The translations under genes and the position numbers were made by a program. A stretch of DNA of 64,000 bases from a virus. Lineage: Duplodnaviria > Caudoviricetes. Position 1 is the stretch's first letter. Each line of letters opens with the position of its first letter. The stretch covers positions 5,544 through 69,543 of the IMG/VR virus record IMGVR_UViG_3300014205_000019; one strand, written 5' to 3'. Positions 19,068-31,900 of this stretch are shown here, one piece after another. Under the pieces are notes generated by a model. It had not been told where the DNA came from, did no database searches, and worked only from the letters and a program-made list of their open reading frames with translations.

Positions 19068-20974
19068 TGAGAAAGATACTTTATGCTGAGGGAGTGTTCG
19101 CCGGTAAGGGCGAAGAGGAAATAAAGAAGAACGAAGAGCGCGATGAGAGAATTCTCAGTCGTGTTATTTCTGATTTCTCTTGGGCGCAAGGTGCTTACGC
19201 AGAGCGCAACGAAGAGTTTGAAAGGCAGGAAAAGTGGTTCTATCGTGACCACTACGACCGCCCGATTGCTCAGACTTCGGATATCGACTACTCGCCACGC
19301 GATGCTTCTAGTAACATCAGCGACGAGCATCTTGTCACTCTCAACATTCCATTCTCGTCTATTCAGCGTGCCCACACAATGCTTACTGGTGATGCGCCCA
19401 TCATTGAAGTTCTAAAGAATAGGGGCAAGAGCGAGGAAGTATCTAAACTTCTGCATGGTGTAATCCAAATTAACTCTCGTCGTTGGGGTGCCAACCCTAT
19501 GCACGATGCTATCTTTGACCAGTTGCTTTATGGTTGGGGCGTAGTTCGTACTACATGGAATCGTAATAGTTGGGAGGATGAGCAGAAGTTCGATGGCGAC
19601 CGTCCGCTCTATGAGTTCCCTGTATCTGTTAAGGCTATCCCGCCTAAGGAAGTTTACCCAATTCCCGGTGGCGTCCACGAAAGGTGGAAGGCCGTTGTTC
19701 ACGCTTCTCAGATGCACGTCTATGAAGTGGAAGAAGAGTGGGGCGTTGTGCTTCACATGACGGACGAGGATAACTATGAAGAGGACGAACTCTTTGATTA
19801 CACCGAACCACTTAATCCAGACAAGAAGGTGAACGTTCTCGATTACTGGTGTTGGGAAGGTCGCCAGATTGTTCACTGTGTAATTGCACACAATCAGTAT
19901 GTGATGCGTCCCGCTATCATGAAATACTACGACGCGCTACCGTACACCATTTTCTTCTGTGGTTCTACTACTTCAAAGAATCCAAAGAACTATGGGCTAT
20001 CGATTAACTACGGTCTACTAGATAGTGTGGCCGAGGCTGAGTATCTCACAACGCGCATGATGCGTATTGCTGACCTCTATGCAGACCCAACATTGGTGGT
20101 TGTTCGTGTGAACGATTCGCCAATAAAAACTGACCCTACAGATAAGATGATTGACCTTATTGAAGGAGAGTCGGCACACTATCTAACGCATAACGGCTCG
20201 CTGCCTGAAATGGACAAGTTGCTTGGATTCTTCCGTGGACAAATTGAAGAAGAAGGATTTGCTACAGTATCGGGCCAGAGTGGTATCGATACAATTGCAC
20301 AGCAGCAGAGTGCTATGATTAAAATCTTTAAGCCTGCCGAGAATGCTCAGTTGGCTTGGGAAGATATCAACCACAAGATTATTGGCCTAATCCAGCGCTA
20401 TAGTTGGGATGAGAAGATTGAGGTACGTGGTCGTCTTGAAGGAGATGAGTCGCAGGAAGCCTTCAACTTCTCGCTTAAGGGTAGTGATACAAAGGGATGC
20501 CGCGAGACAAAGGTTATCCTTCGTGCCCGATTCCCACTTGAAGAACTACGCAACATCACTGTGGCTGCTACGGCCAAGAACTCAGAGTTGATTCCAACTC
20601 CAATTATCCAGAAGCGTTTCCTCGGTGCTAGAGATGTAAAGGCATGGGAGCGTACCATCCTCGAACAGCGTGTTAAGAACTCGCCAGAGAGCATGGGCAT
20701 GATGATTCAGCAGCGTATGCAACTCATCAATGAGCAAAGCACAGTACAGGCGCTCATTAACGAGGAACTTGAAAAGATGAAGGGCGAGAACGAAGTAGCC
20801 CAAAGACAGGAACCGGGACGTGGTGGGGCCGCAGAGAATCCAGCACCTATGCAGGAAGCGGCTCTACCAGCCGACCAACTTCTAAGACAGACAATGGCTG
20901 ACGCGCAAACTGGTGTAGTGGACAATCCAGCACCTACAAGTCTGCCAGTAGAGGGGGCCAATGGCTACCAGTAG
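19067..20974 (+). CDS. Portal protein
   Basis: 635 aa directly after TerL, helical with Q/E-rich C-terminal tail; assigned mainly by position. Confidence 0.72.
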   Translation: MRKILYAEGVFAGKGEEEIKKNEERDERILSRVISDFSWAQGAYAERNEEFERQEKWFYRDHYDRPIAQTSDIDYSPRDASSNISDEHLVTLNIPFSSIQRAHTMLTGDAPIIEVLKNRGKSEEVSKLLHGVIQINSRRWGANPMHDAIFDQLLYGWGVVRTTWNRNSWEDEQKFDGDRPLYEFPVSVKAIPPKEVYPIPGGVHERWKAVVHASQMHVYEVEEEWGVVLHMTDEDNYEEDELFDYTEPLNPDKKVNVLDYWCWEGRQIVHCVIAHNQYVMRPAIMKYYDALPYTIFFCGSTTSKNPKNYGLSINYGLLDSVAEAEYLTTRMMRIADLYADPTLVVVRVNDSPIKTDPTDKMIDLIEGESAHYLTHNGSLPEMDKLLGFFRGQIEEEGFATVSGQSGIDTIAQQQSAMIKIFKPAENAQLAWEDINHKIIGLIQRYSWDEKIEVRGRLEGDESQEAFNFSLKGSDTKGCRETKVILRARFPLEELRNITVAATAKNSELIPTPIIQKRFLGARDVKAWERTILEQRVKNSPESMGMMIQQRMQLINEQSTVQALINEELEKMKGENEVAQRQEPGRGGAAENPAPMQEAALPADQLLRQTMADAQTGVVDNPAPTSLPVEGANGYQ

Positions 20975-21206
20975 TTTTCCAGAACTCTTAGATGAGATAG
21001 TAAGTGAGGCACTCTATGAAGTTTACTCTGTTGTGCAGGATGTCATGCCTGCCAACAGTGTAATCGAAACAACATTGATGTCATCTTATACTAGACTCTC
21101 GCCACAGGAGCAGTTACAAATAGTTGAAATGTTGGGTGCCGACTGGTTTTTAAAGTTGAGCACACGCATAGAAAAGCGACTCAGGCAGTTGACAAAGCCC
21201 GAGTAG
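20961..21206 (+). CDS. Hypothetical protein
   Basis: 81-aa ORF in operon. Confidence 0.6.
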   Translation: MATSSFPELLDEIVSEALYEVYSVVQDVMPANSVIETTLMSSYTRLSPQEQLQIVEMLGADWFLKLSTRIEKRLRQLTKPE

Positions 21207-21217
21207 TGTGTTACAAT
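21189..21217 (+). promoter_or_regulatory. Sigma70 promoter
   Basis: TTGACA-N17-TACAAT with TG. Confidence 0.75.
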
Positions 21218-21227
21218 AGGAGTTACA

Positions 21228-22952
21228 ATGCCACTAATTTCATACACTATTCAGCCCCTTGATACCCCTGCCTCGGTTGCAGCCAAGTTTGGCGTAACTC
21301 CTGACAAGGTTCGGTGGCCGGTTTCCTCTTCTCAGTCTTTCTTAGGACTAGAGGCAACGGGCATGGTAGCCATGATTGATTCACCGCTATCACCGGGTAA
21401 CCCTACTCCAACTAGTTCAACGACGAATACTGGAAGCGGCTCAACCAATACTGCGGCTGCTACAGATACTCGTGGAAACACTGGTGGATTTATTACATTC
21501 CACATTATGACAGAACAGGGAGTATCCACTGTTCCTATTCGTTTTGATAACGCAGTATGGACGGCCCTCATCAACTCTCCACTTTATAGTAAGTGGGGTT
21601 TGATGGATGAGGAACCTCAGGTTCAGATTGGTCGGTCGCAAGAGTTTATAAAGGACTTAACTACTCTTCCACCTGCTGTAAAGAGTAGCGTAGATAGTGC
21701 AGTTAGTTCTCTGACTTACTTTGAAGAAGTAGACCCAAGCGGTGGTGGAGACATTCCAGCCCTTTCACCAGAGATGATTCAGTCTGGTATCATGTGGGCG
21801 AAAGACCCCGCTACTGGCGAGTACGAACTTATCGATACGCAGCCACTAGTAGGCCCATCCCTAAGCGCCTTTCGCTTTACTCCAACCAACCCTAACGACC
21901 CCAATAGTGGTGGCTCGTGGGTTGTAGTTCCAGACCTCGCATCGGAAGAGCGCTCAATTTATGAGGGCGTACCTTCTAGCGTAGAGCCGTGGCTACAACT
22001 TGCGCTGGATAATGGAGGCAACTATAATGTAGTACCAGAGGGGCCAGCCCGTTCTTGGGTTAAGTACCTACTCGACCAAGTAGTGCGAAGTAGTTCTCGA
22101 CAGCCCGGCGAACAGCCATTTGGTGTGGGTTTGCCAAACTTTCCCGGTGGAAAGCCCGGCCAAACTACACCTGTTCTTAATCCCGGCGGCTCTATTAGTG
22201 CTGCACCGGCCCTACCTAATACGCCAAATGCTACTAATACTCCCGGTGGTGGAGGCTTTGCAGGTACTCCGATTGGTAAGTGGGTTGAGCAGTTCTTTAT
22301 TAATGAGGGTATTCCGTATTCGTGGGATGAACAAGAGGCTGCCAAGAATCAGATTGCTAATGTTAGTACCTTTGCTGACCAGATGCAACTGCTTTTTAGT
22401 CCTGAGTACCAAGTTGGGAACATAGGATTAAGTGGAGAGTTGTTTAATGGCGGTAGAATGGCTAACACCCCAATGGGTCGCTTCTACCAGTACATGGCGG
22501 ACAACAATATTCTTCGTCTAGTACCTAATGGTGCTGGCGGAATGTATATTGAGCCTGTTAACCGCGATATGACACCTTGGGTTTCAGACGCGCCTGCTAT
22601 GCCTACACCCGAGACGCCTGCTCCTACAACCTCAACTACTCCATACAAGGTACCTACCACGGGTTCCGCAAGTAAGCAGACGCCAGAGCAGTTTGCACAA
22701 CTTCCTGACTTTGTTCAGAGGTTTTACCAGCAGCCTACGTTCCAAGGAGCGACGCCGACCTCGGCACCGCCTCCACCAGCACAGGGCACGACGACCCCTC
22801 AGCCTTCGGCTGAACCGACGTATACTCCTGCTCCGCCTATAACTCCGACCACAGTTATCGAGCCAACTAAGCCTGTGAACTCAACTAGTAACATGACACC
22901 GGCAGACTTCAATGCACTTCCTTCTTGGGTGCAGAAGTTTTACAATAAGTAG
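21228..22952 (+). CDS. LysM-like N-terminus, Pro/Thr-rich virion-associated protein
   Basis: YTIQPLDTPASVAAKFGVTPDKV; repeated LPDFVQRFY/LPSWVQKFY. Confidence 0.65.
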   Translation: MPLISYTIQPLDTPASVAAKFGVTPDKVRWPVSSSQSFLGLEATGMVAMIDSPLSPGNPTPTSSTTNTGSGSTNTAAATDTRGNTGGFITFHIMTEQGVSTVPIRFDNAVWTALINSPLYSKWGLMDEEPQVQIGRSQEFIKDLTTLPPAVKSSVDSAVSSLTYFEEVDPSGGGDIPALSPEMIQSGIMWAKDPATGEYELIDTQPLVGPSLSAFRFTPTNPNDPNSGGSWVVVPDLASEERSIYEGVPSSVEPWLQLALDNGGNYNVVPEGPARSWVKYLLDQVVRSSSRQPGEQPFGVGLPNFPGGKPGQTTPVLNPGGSISAAPALPNTPNATNTPGGGGFAGTPIGKWVEQFFINEGIPYSWDEQEAAKNQIANVSTFADQMQLLFSPEYQVGNIGLSGELFNGGRMANTPMGRFYQYMADNNILRLVPNGAGGMYIEPVNRDMTPWVSDAPAMPTPETPAPTTSTTPYKVPTTGSASKQTPEQFAQLPDFVQRFYQQPTFQGATPTSAPPPPAQGTTTPQPSAEPTYTPAPPITPTTVIEPTKPVNSTSNMTPADFNALPSWVQKFYNK

Positions 22953-22974
22953 GTCAGCCTCGTAAGGAGAGCAT

Positions 22975-25900
22975 ATGACAAATTTCTTAAACCCACTGGA
23001 AAACGTAGAGCGTGCCGTAACACGGGCAGCGGATTCTGTTCGACAGTATACGGAACAGGAACCTTCTGACGTTCAGCCTTCTATGCCACCAGCGCCGCCC
23101 CCTTCTCTTCAAGAGTCTATGAATAGATTCCGTGAAGTAGATAGGGGTATTTCTATTGAGAAAAGTCAGGCTGTTGCTCGTGAATCTGTGGAGCGAGCGC
23201 CGGTTATTCCTAAGCCTGTCACTTCTACTTATGAGGGACTAGCGCAGCCAGAAATGGTTGACGCCGACTACGACCGTGCCGTGACTGGATTCCGTCGCAA
23301 TGTTGATTCATACTTTGGTTCGCGCTTTGCCGCTGGTGAAACGATGCGACAGGCCGTGGATGCTATTGTTGGTCGAGAGCCTACTACAATTCCTACTAGT
23401 GAGAAGATTGAAATTCGCGATGCGCTTGATAAGACTCCCGCTCGTACAGCCATGCGCCAGTTCTCTAACGAGATTTGGCAGCAGATTGGTATGCAGAATC
23501 AGAACCTGTTCCTTGGTATTGCGTTGCAGCAGGCCGAGCAGTTTGGTGATGTGTCTGTTACTCAGTATCAAAACAAGGTAGCCAGCGATGCGGGCCGCGC
23601 AGAAATCTTTGCTAACCTACTAGACTTTGTAATTACTACACCGGATAGCGCGTCGCCTTATCTCATTGAGTTCTATGAATCTCTTGGAGTTGTATCAAAG
23701 AGAGAAGTTACTGAACAAAGTCCAGCGCCTTCCTTTACTCCGAAGTATTCTAAGATTCCGGTATTTGGTAAGCACATCGACAAGGTACTTGAAACAATCA
23801 ACGCAGGTATACCCGTAGTTACCTTTGACCTAGCCGTGGCGGGCCTCCTTGATAGGGAGGAAATGTCCACCAGTCAGATTGTACGCGAACGAACACTCAT
23901 GCTCTTCTCTGTTAAGGATGCTATCAATCAATCCATTCGTGGACTTGAAACCGATGCTGAAAAGATTGAGGCGTTCAAGGGACAGTATGTTCACATTGAT
24001 GGACGCTACACTACTACTGAAAATCCAGTAATCCAGACTATGCAGACAGAGGAAATTACCACACTTCGTGGTCTTACTCCTGAACTCTCTAAGATGCCCA
24101 TTGATACGTTCCTTGCGGCTCTGACAGTACCGGCCAACTCTATTGAGAGACAGCGCCGCTCTGACATGAGCATTCAGGAACGCTACCGCTATGGCCTACT
24201 AACCGAAGCCGAGCGTACTTGGTTCGACTTGGGCATTACTGAGGCCACCATGAAGGTGCTCTCTGAGTATCTTGTTATCAGTCCTAAGAACCAAACTCTT
24301 GACCGTATTAAGTATGCGGGCGAAGTTAAGCAGCAGCAGATTGACGAAGCGCGAATCCGCGAGTATCTATTCAGCACCGCTGAGGGACGAGAGGCTCCCG
24401 GTGTGGGAGAGGGTAACTGGACTACAGTTCTACCTAAGGGTATGATTACTTCTAACATTTCTCCTGAGTTCCTTTATGAAATGGGATTCAGTGAGGAAGC
24501 CATTAAGGATATGGTAGGAGAGGGATTCAAGGTACCAGTTATTGGGGGTCTTATGAACTTTGCTGGTGACTTGTTCTCCGGCTTTGGTCTGTTAGATGCG
24601 TGGCACGACCACGATGCAGAGTCCTTCCTTAATGACCCAACAAAGCCTGTACGACTAACAACGGTTTGGGATAGTGTTCTTTCACTTGACAACAACGAAG
24701 AACATCTTGATGTTAATGGACAGTTGGCAGCCATTCAAAAGACCTTTAATGAAAAGACCAATCCTGACTTCTTGCCCGGTGGCAAGTATCGCACTCGCTT
24801 AACTGAAATCTATCAGTCACCTTATACTTCGCCGGAGCAGCGCAACCTCATTGAAGATATTGCAGCAGACTTTGAAAATGTCGAACTCAATCAGTGGACT
24901 AATCAGTACGAGAACCCCGGCATCAAGATGTTTGTTGACTTGATTGATGCTGGTAAGTCCGTAGAGGAAGCCATCGAAGAAGTCTCTAGTTGGCGCAGCC
25001 TTGTGACTCGAACAGCCCTCGGACTTGACATGCAGTTGATGCCGCTTGGTGGACTTGTGCGAAAGGGCGGTAACGCTGCCTTCCGTGCTATCCGTGGTAT
25101 CCCTCAGTTTGAAGTAGAGGGACGCGGCATCATCGAAGGACTGCGCGCTGGTCAGGTATTGACTAGAGCCGACGACGACTTTGCCGAAGTTCTTGGCGAG
25201 TTGTCTGTGCGTCGTATGCAGGTTGAGAGTATGCTTGGTAACGAGTACGAGATAGCCGAAGTTATTACTACTGGCTCTACTCGCGGACTAGGTGTGCAGA
25301 GAGTAGCGGGACTTGCGGAAGATACTGTTATTCCTCTTAATCGTACCAAGATTCGAATGCTCGAAGATGAGTTGGCCGAAATTGACCGCATCCTTGATTC
25401 AACCGAAGATACAATCCGAGTTCAGAAGGACATCTTTAATCCTCGCACAACGCCACGCGCTATCTACACCGGAGACTCTATCTCTGACGTGTTCCAGATT
25501 TATGCGCCGATTCGTCGTGTAATCAAGCAGCGCACCAGTGCATCGCTTCCTATTGGACGCGCGGCTATGAGTCAGGTGGACGAGGGTGCTACACTAACAG
25601 AAAGAATTCTTTCTGGTACGGCTCTAAGAAACAAAGAGTTCTCTCAGAGAGCCTCAGTAGTTTCCTATGCTTTCTCGGTAACAGATGAATTCTCACAGAT
25701 GCTTAGGAAGATTCCGCTTTCTCGATACAACATTGAGACAGGCGGAAAGGACTTAATCCTTGACCTTAAGCAGTTTATTACTGACCTTGCTACTGTAGGC
25801 AAAACTGATAACGCTCGACCCTTCTTGGCTAAGTACAACACTCATAAGTATGAGACAGAGCGCTTCTTCCAGACAGCCGAACTCGTTGGAAACGAGGTAG

Positions 25901-28900
25901 CGACTGGAGCCTTCAAGACTCTACGCGACGACGTAGTTATCATCACTGACCCTGAGCAGTTCAAGAAGGCGACCGATAAGATTCGTCTTGAAGCAACACG
26001 CCTTGCCACAAAGAATGGACGTGTAGATTACAAGAAGGCTCAGGAAATCTTCAAGGAGCGAATGAGTTTGCTCTATCGCTCCGAGGATGAGTTCTTCGCT
26101 CACTTCATTACGGAGTTTAACTCTTATGTAACAGAAGCCGTGTCTCAGCGTATTCTTGGTAAGTCTTGGAACAAACTGGACGAGACTGGAAAGGCCACAC
26201 AGAACATTGGCGTTGCTATGCAGGTTCAGAACAAGTTGGCTGGCGCACTCTCGCTAATGATGTTGGAGTCGCCGGGCTTCGTTATCCGTAACGTTATCAA
26301 CAACTTTACTGTATCTACACTGGATGGCATCATGCCGTGGCAGTTGTTCTCACCATTCGGACACCCTAAGTATTTTGATAAGTATGATGAACTCTTTGGC
26401 TCTATCAACCCCCTTACCTACGGCTTCTCGCCTAAGGGTTTGGGTCAGGCCGAGATTAACGAACTTCGAGAGACGTTGGCCTCTTCGCTCTTCACAAAGA
26501 ACCCTATGGGTGGAGGTATTCCATTCGTTGGTGGTTTGCCATACATGACCTTCCGTAAGGCATCGGCCCACTTCGAGGCTGTTACCCGTATGCGTATCAC
26601 ACAGAAGGAAGCCGTTCGAGTAATGGAGCAGTTGTGGACACCGGAGAACATGGTGACGGCGCTCAACAAACTAGACCCACAGGCAGCAGCCCTCTTTAAT
26701 AAGTTGGCAGCAAGTGGGCCAGACACCGCAGCCTTCCGTGAGAATCTATTCCGCGCGCTTACTGACCACACGCACAGTTCAACTGCAAGTCTCTTCTACT
26801 ACATTGACCAGTTGGAGGATGGTACTGCTATCTTCGTGGCCTCAAAGCACCCTGCTCGAATTGCAGAGGAACTAGGTTTCCACGTACCACATCTTAACAA
26901 GGATGCTCTTGGCGAGTTCCAAGATGTTCTTGATTCCTTTGACCCTAATCTTCTTGGTAAGGGAATTGCCAACTCCATTGAGAATAGTTACCTCAACTCC
27001 GTTAAGGTCTTGGGCGAGGCAGGACGACAGTTCGGTATTCCTAAGGAAGCCGTTAGCGACATACTAGAAGTTCACTCAACACTCTATGCCGCTGCACTTG
27101 GTTCTGGCCTTCCACCTAAGGAAGCCTCAGACCTTGCTTTGTCTATTGCGGCTAACTCAACCATGCGTATTCGTGGACTCTACGAGCGCAACGAGGTTCT
27201 TCTTAAGTACATCGACAACCCTGAGTTGTACCGCGACGCCTACTTCCCTTACGTAAAGGGACTGGGAATGACCAACAGGCAACTAGAAGAGATGGTAACT
27301 ATCCCATCTACACCACAGATTAACCGCAAGGAAATCTTGGATATGCTCACCGAAGAGGATGAAGCCCTCGGCTGGAAGGCTGCCAATGAAATCATTGATG
27401 AGGCTCGCAAACTTCCATCGTTTGGTGGACAGGATAGCGGTATCATTATTCGCCGTACCGTGGATAACCTAAGCACCCTTCGCCGTGCTGCTACACAATC
27501 GCAGCGCAAGACGTTGCGTGCCGACATTGATAAGGCTAAGGACGCCTTCATCGCTAAGCATCAGGCCGAGTTTGTGAACCACAATAGATGGACACCGGCT
27601 CAGGTAGACGCTTATCTTGACGATAAGATTCTTGCCTTCGCTGAAATTGGCGACACTTCCATTGCCCTCACTGGTAATCCAAACTCGGTATTCATGAAGG
27701 TGTACCTTAAGGGCGCACGTCCTGCCGATGTACGTCGTGCAATCGACCGTGCTATTGACAACGGCACATTACAGAACAAGGTGTTCCGTACCAACACCGG
27801 AAAGCGCAACACGCGAACCGTTGTTGTTCGACGACACAGTGGCTTCGGCGACCGTATGGAAGATGCGAAGTCCATCAAGGTTACAGACGATAAGTTGCGA
27901 CAGGCTGTATCCGCCGACAAGGATATCTTCCCATCTACACCGCGCAATGCGCTTGGTGAAGGATTGGGTACTCCTGCTCTACGTGCAACCTTCGAAGAGT
28001 TTGTTAAGGACATTACCGAACTTGCTAATAGAGTAAGCCAGCAGAAGGTTGCTGGTGCTGCTGGTGATATTCGCAAACTACATCAGACACTTAACCTTTC
28101 TCGCCAGCAGACAATGGCTGAACTGCGCCGTGCTATTGTGCGAGAAACAGAAGAGGGCAATCTAGATGTTGGTCGATTGATTGAGATTGCCAACGAGCGT
28201 CTCAACCGCTTTGCTCGTACATCTAAGGAGCGCATGAACGTTGTTACAGACTCGCTCGGCCTGCAGGCTGCACCGCTTGACGGCGACCGTGAGGCTAAGA
28301 TGCTTGCACGTACCATTGGTGAGAACACTACAGACTCCTTTACACAACTTGTAAGTGAGCAGGCACCAACGGTGGCCTTCTTCAAGAAGATGTACGAAAG
28401 AGCCAGCAGCCGGGAAGGTTCACAGTCTCTATCCGAGGCCGGACAGGAAGCCTATGACGCAATCCGCAATGCCGTTTTCGAATGGAACGCTGAGGGTGCG
28501 CGTGTTCTAGGACACCCATTCGTTCGTTCTATTTCCCGCGAGGTTGACCTTGATGAGTTGGCCGACATGACTAAGGTTCCTCCTGCGATTGTTCGTCGTT
28601 GGAAGAGCCAACTCGACTCCTCTAATGAAGCAGCAATTGAGTGGGCTAAGAGTGTTCAGCCTTATCCAACATTCCGTCCTAAGGGATGGAACAAGAGCGT
28701 TGAGGTTGTCTCCCACTTCAATGAGAACGCAGTAGTGGCAAACATTCCTGAGGGTGTTAATGTAGCACCTGCTAATATCGGCATGGCCCCTGAGCCTTCG
28801 CTTACTGGTAACCTACCAGCATCGGGTGTAATGGGTCACGTATTCTACCAGCGCCCACCTGAGGGTTTCTTTGCAGTTATCACAGAGGGCGACGAGTGGG

Positions 28901-31900
28901 CTTCAATTGTGCCTAGTGTTAAGAAGCAGTCTCGTTATGGTACACACTTTGCAATCTTCATTCGCAAGGGAACTCCCGAGAAGGAAGTTGAAGAGGCAGT
29001 ACGCGCTCTCGCCAAGGAACACTACGACGCCTTGCTTGACCCTAAGCAGACTGCAACTGCCAAGGCTACTGGCCGCATGGCTCTAGAGAAGAACCCTCGT
29101 GGTTTCTACGCCTCGTACCAGATTGAGTCGCCAGTTGAGGCTACTCGTAAGTTGGCGCCGTTCGTAGCAAAGGCGGAACAGGGAGACATGGTTGCTAAGG
29201 CTCTAGTACAGAATGCCCGCTACCAGTGGCTTCGCGGTTGGCCTATCTCTGGCGACCAGCGCCGCTCACTTGACGATGCCTACAATACCTTCAAGCGAAG
29301 TTTCTCTGAGGCTGCGCCGGTCGGCCCTTACCTAACTAAGTTGACTCCACAGGAAGCCGGTACACTACGTCGTGGTGTAGAGACGCTCATCCGTGAGAAG
29401 AATCAGGTTATGGATTTTGGTATGGCACTTGGTCAGGCTCGCGCCGACTTCATACTACACAACTATAACAATGTTAACGACATTGACTTCATTCTTCGAT
29501 GGCTCGGCCCGTGGCACATTTGGCCTACTCGTACTATGGGTAAGTTGTTTACTCGTGTAGTGGACAACCCTCACTGGTACGTGGGCTACAAGGCCTTCGA
29601 GACGGCCCTCGAACTTCTTAACGAGGAACTGCCCGACTATATGAAGAACACGCTCCCAATTGATTTCCTCTTGGGTGCGCTTGCGCTACCACTCAAGGCA
29701 GCAGGTATTGACACCAGCGGCTTCTCGGGCGGCTCACTTAACGTAGGCTCGGTACTCTTCTACAACGACCTCATCGGCCAGTACCAGAGTGCGGGCGAGG
29801 GTGCGACAGGATTGGGCGAGGGCTATGACGCCATTGACGACTTCATTCCTATGAACCCTATGTTCGGTTGGGGCTTGAACCTTACCGGACAGATGGGTCA
29901 GAAGGACTTGAGTTTGATTCCTGACCAGTTGATTCGACCGGCTGAAATGATTACACAACTTGGCGCCGAGTTGACGGCTTGGACTGGAAGCGGCCTGACC
30001 TCTCAGATTATTATGTCTGATAGAGACATCCGTGATGTTAACAATGAGTTTGCTGCTTCTATTATGGCAGCAGGTGAGAAGGGCGGTACTGACCCTAAGC
30101 AGAATCCTGAACTTGCGGCCCTTATCGAAGCCTTCGATGAGTGGGGACGTATGAGTAAGGACGGTATCTACATGCCGCTCTTGCAGCAATTGGGCGCACA
30201 ACTCGGTATTGACCAAGCCATGAACCCTATCCTCGTTTCTACTATGGTGCGCGCTTCTCGAAACCGTACCGTTGCCAACGCTACGTCCTATCTTGGTGGA
30301 CACCGACTCACACTTCGTGACGGCGACCAGCAGGCTGTATTCGCAGCAATGGAGGACATGCGCGATGTTCTTGGTGCAAACTACGAAACCGATGTAGAGC
30401 GTAGCAAGGCTATCTCTAACTGGTTCAAGGACAATCCTGCCGTGTCTGTATACCTTCGAAACGGTAAGGAAACAAACGACCTTAACGCACTTGCTCAGAC
30501 AGAGGCATTGTTCTTTGGTGGACTGGCCGAGGTCAGCGCTTGGTTCGACGAAGAGTATGCTAAGTTGCCAGCAGTTGGCTCTAACATTTCCGAGGAAGAT
30601 ACCGCTACTGCCTACACGCGATTGCAGTTGGAACGCGATGCACGCATTGCGGCTCTTGGTGCTGGCGTTTACGCCTACACAGGTATCGACCCACGCTCTG
30701 ACCGCAACTTCGATATCCAGTACCGCATTAGCCAGCCAGAAATGGTTGACCTACTAGAGCGATACAACATGGAAGAGGTTGTACCGATGGTATACGCCTT
30801 TGGCAGTTACCGTGGTGAAGAGACTCCTATCCTTCCGAACATCGACCTCATTGCTGCTGGCTCTGCAAAGGATGCCCTCATTGCTGAGGTTGAGAAGTTT
30901 GCCAAGGAAACCGGCGTAGGTGCTGAGTTCGTAACAGTTGGTCAGATTAACAGGGGCCGCGTGATGTCTCAGGTAACGTCCATTATTCTTGACACGCAGG
31001 CTGCAATTAATATGCCTCAGTTCTACAAGAAGAAGGACGGCGCTTTCACTAACGCAGTTGACGTTGACACCTTCTTCGACAATCAGGAAAAGGTATTGGC
31101 CGAGTTGCCAAAAACCTACCGTGATTTGTACAACGAGTTCATGGCACGTTCGCTCTCACCTGAGCAGGCCATTGACAAGGCCATCAATGAGTGGGCAGCA
31201 CGTACTGTGCGCGAACACGGTAACGCTACGAATGCGTGGAGCCAGAGCGATAGGTCAACTGACCTCGCCGCTACACTTGCGCGTATCGAGAAGGCTTACA
31301 AGCCACCTACTCCTAAGGACATTGCAACTCTCTTGGATGAAATGACAGGAGGCTTGTGGCGCAACAACACCGATATAACACAGAGCGAACTCGACGAACT
31401 TATTCAGGTACGTCTTGATAATGCGGCGCGCATTGGTGACCTCAACACAATCCTTACGGCTAAGTACGAGGACAACATTGGTGCCCTCAGTGCTGGACTA
31501 GGACGACTTGAATCCCTCCGCAGCGAGCCAGACTCACCAGAAGTGCGTGCTCAAATCCGCGACCTTACAGGTTACGAGGACGAGAACGGCGTATGGGTAC
31601 CGGGCGAACTACGACACTTCACTACTCCAAGTGGTGTAGTTATTACTACTGCCGAGGAACTCTCTGAATTCCGTGAGGCATATGAGTTTAATCAGGAACT
31701 GCAGAAGTTGCACGATGCCGACATTCACATTCGTCTAGACTCAGAGCAGTTCGAGACTTGGAGTAAATACTTCAACAAGGAGCACTCATACGACTCTAGC
31801 GTTTCTAAGTTCCTTAACTACTTGAAGGAGACGAAGCAATGGCAGTTGTTCGACGCCGCTGTTAACCACTTCTATCCTGACAAGGAAGCCGGTGCCTTTG

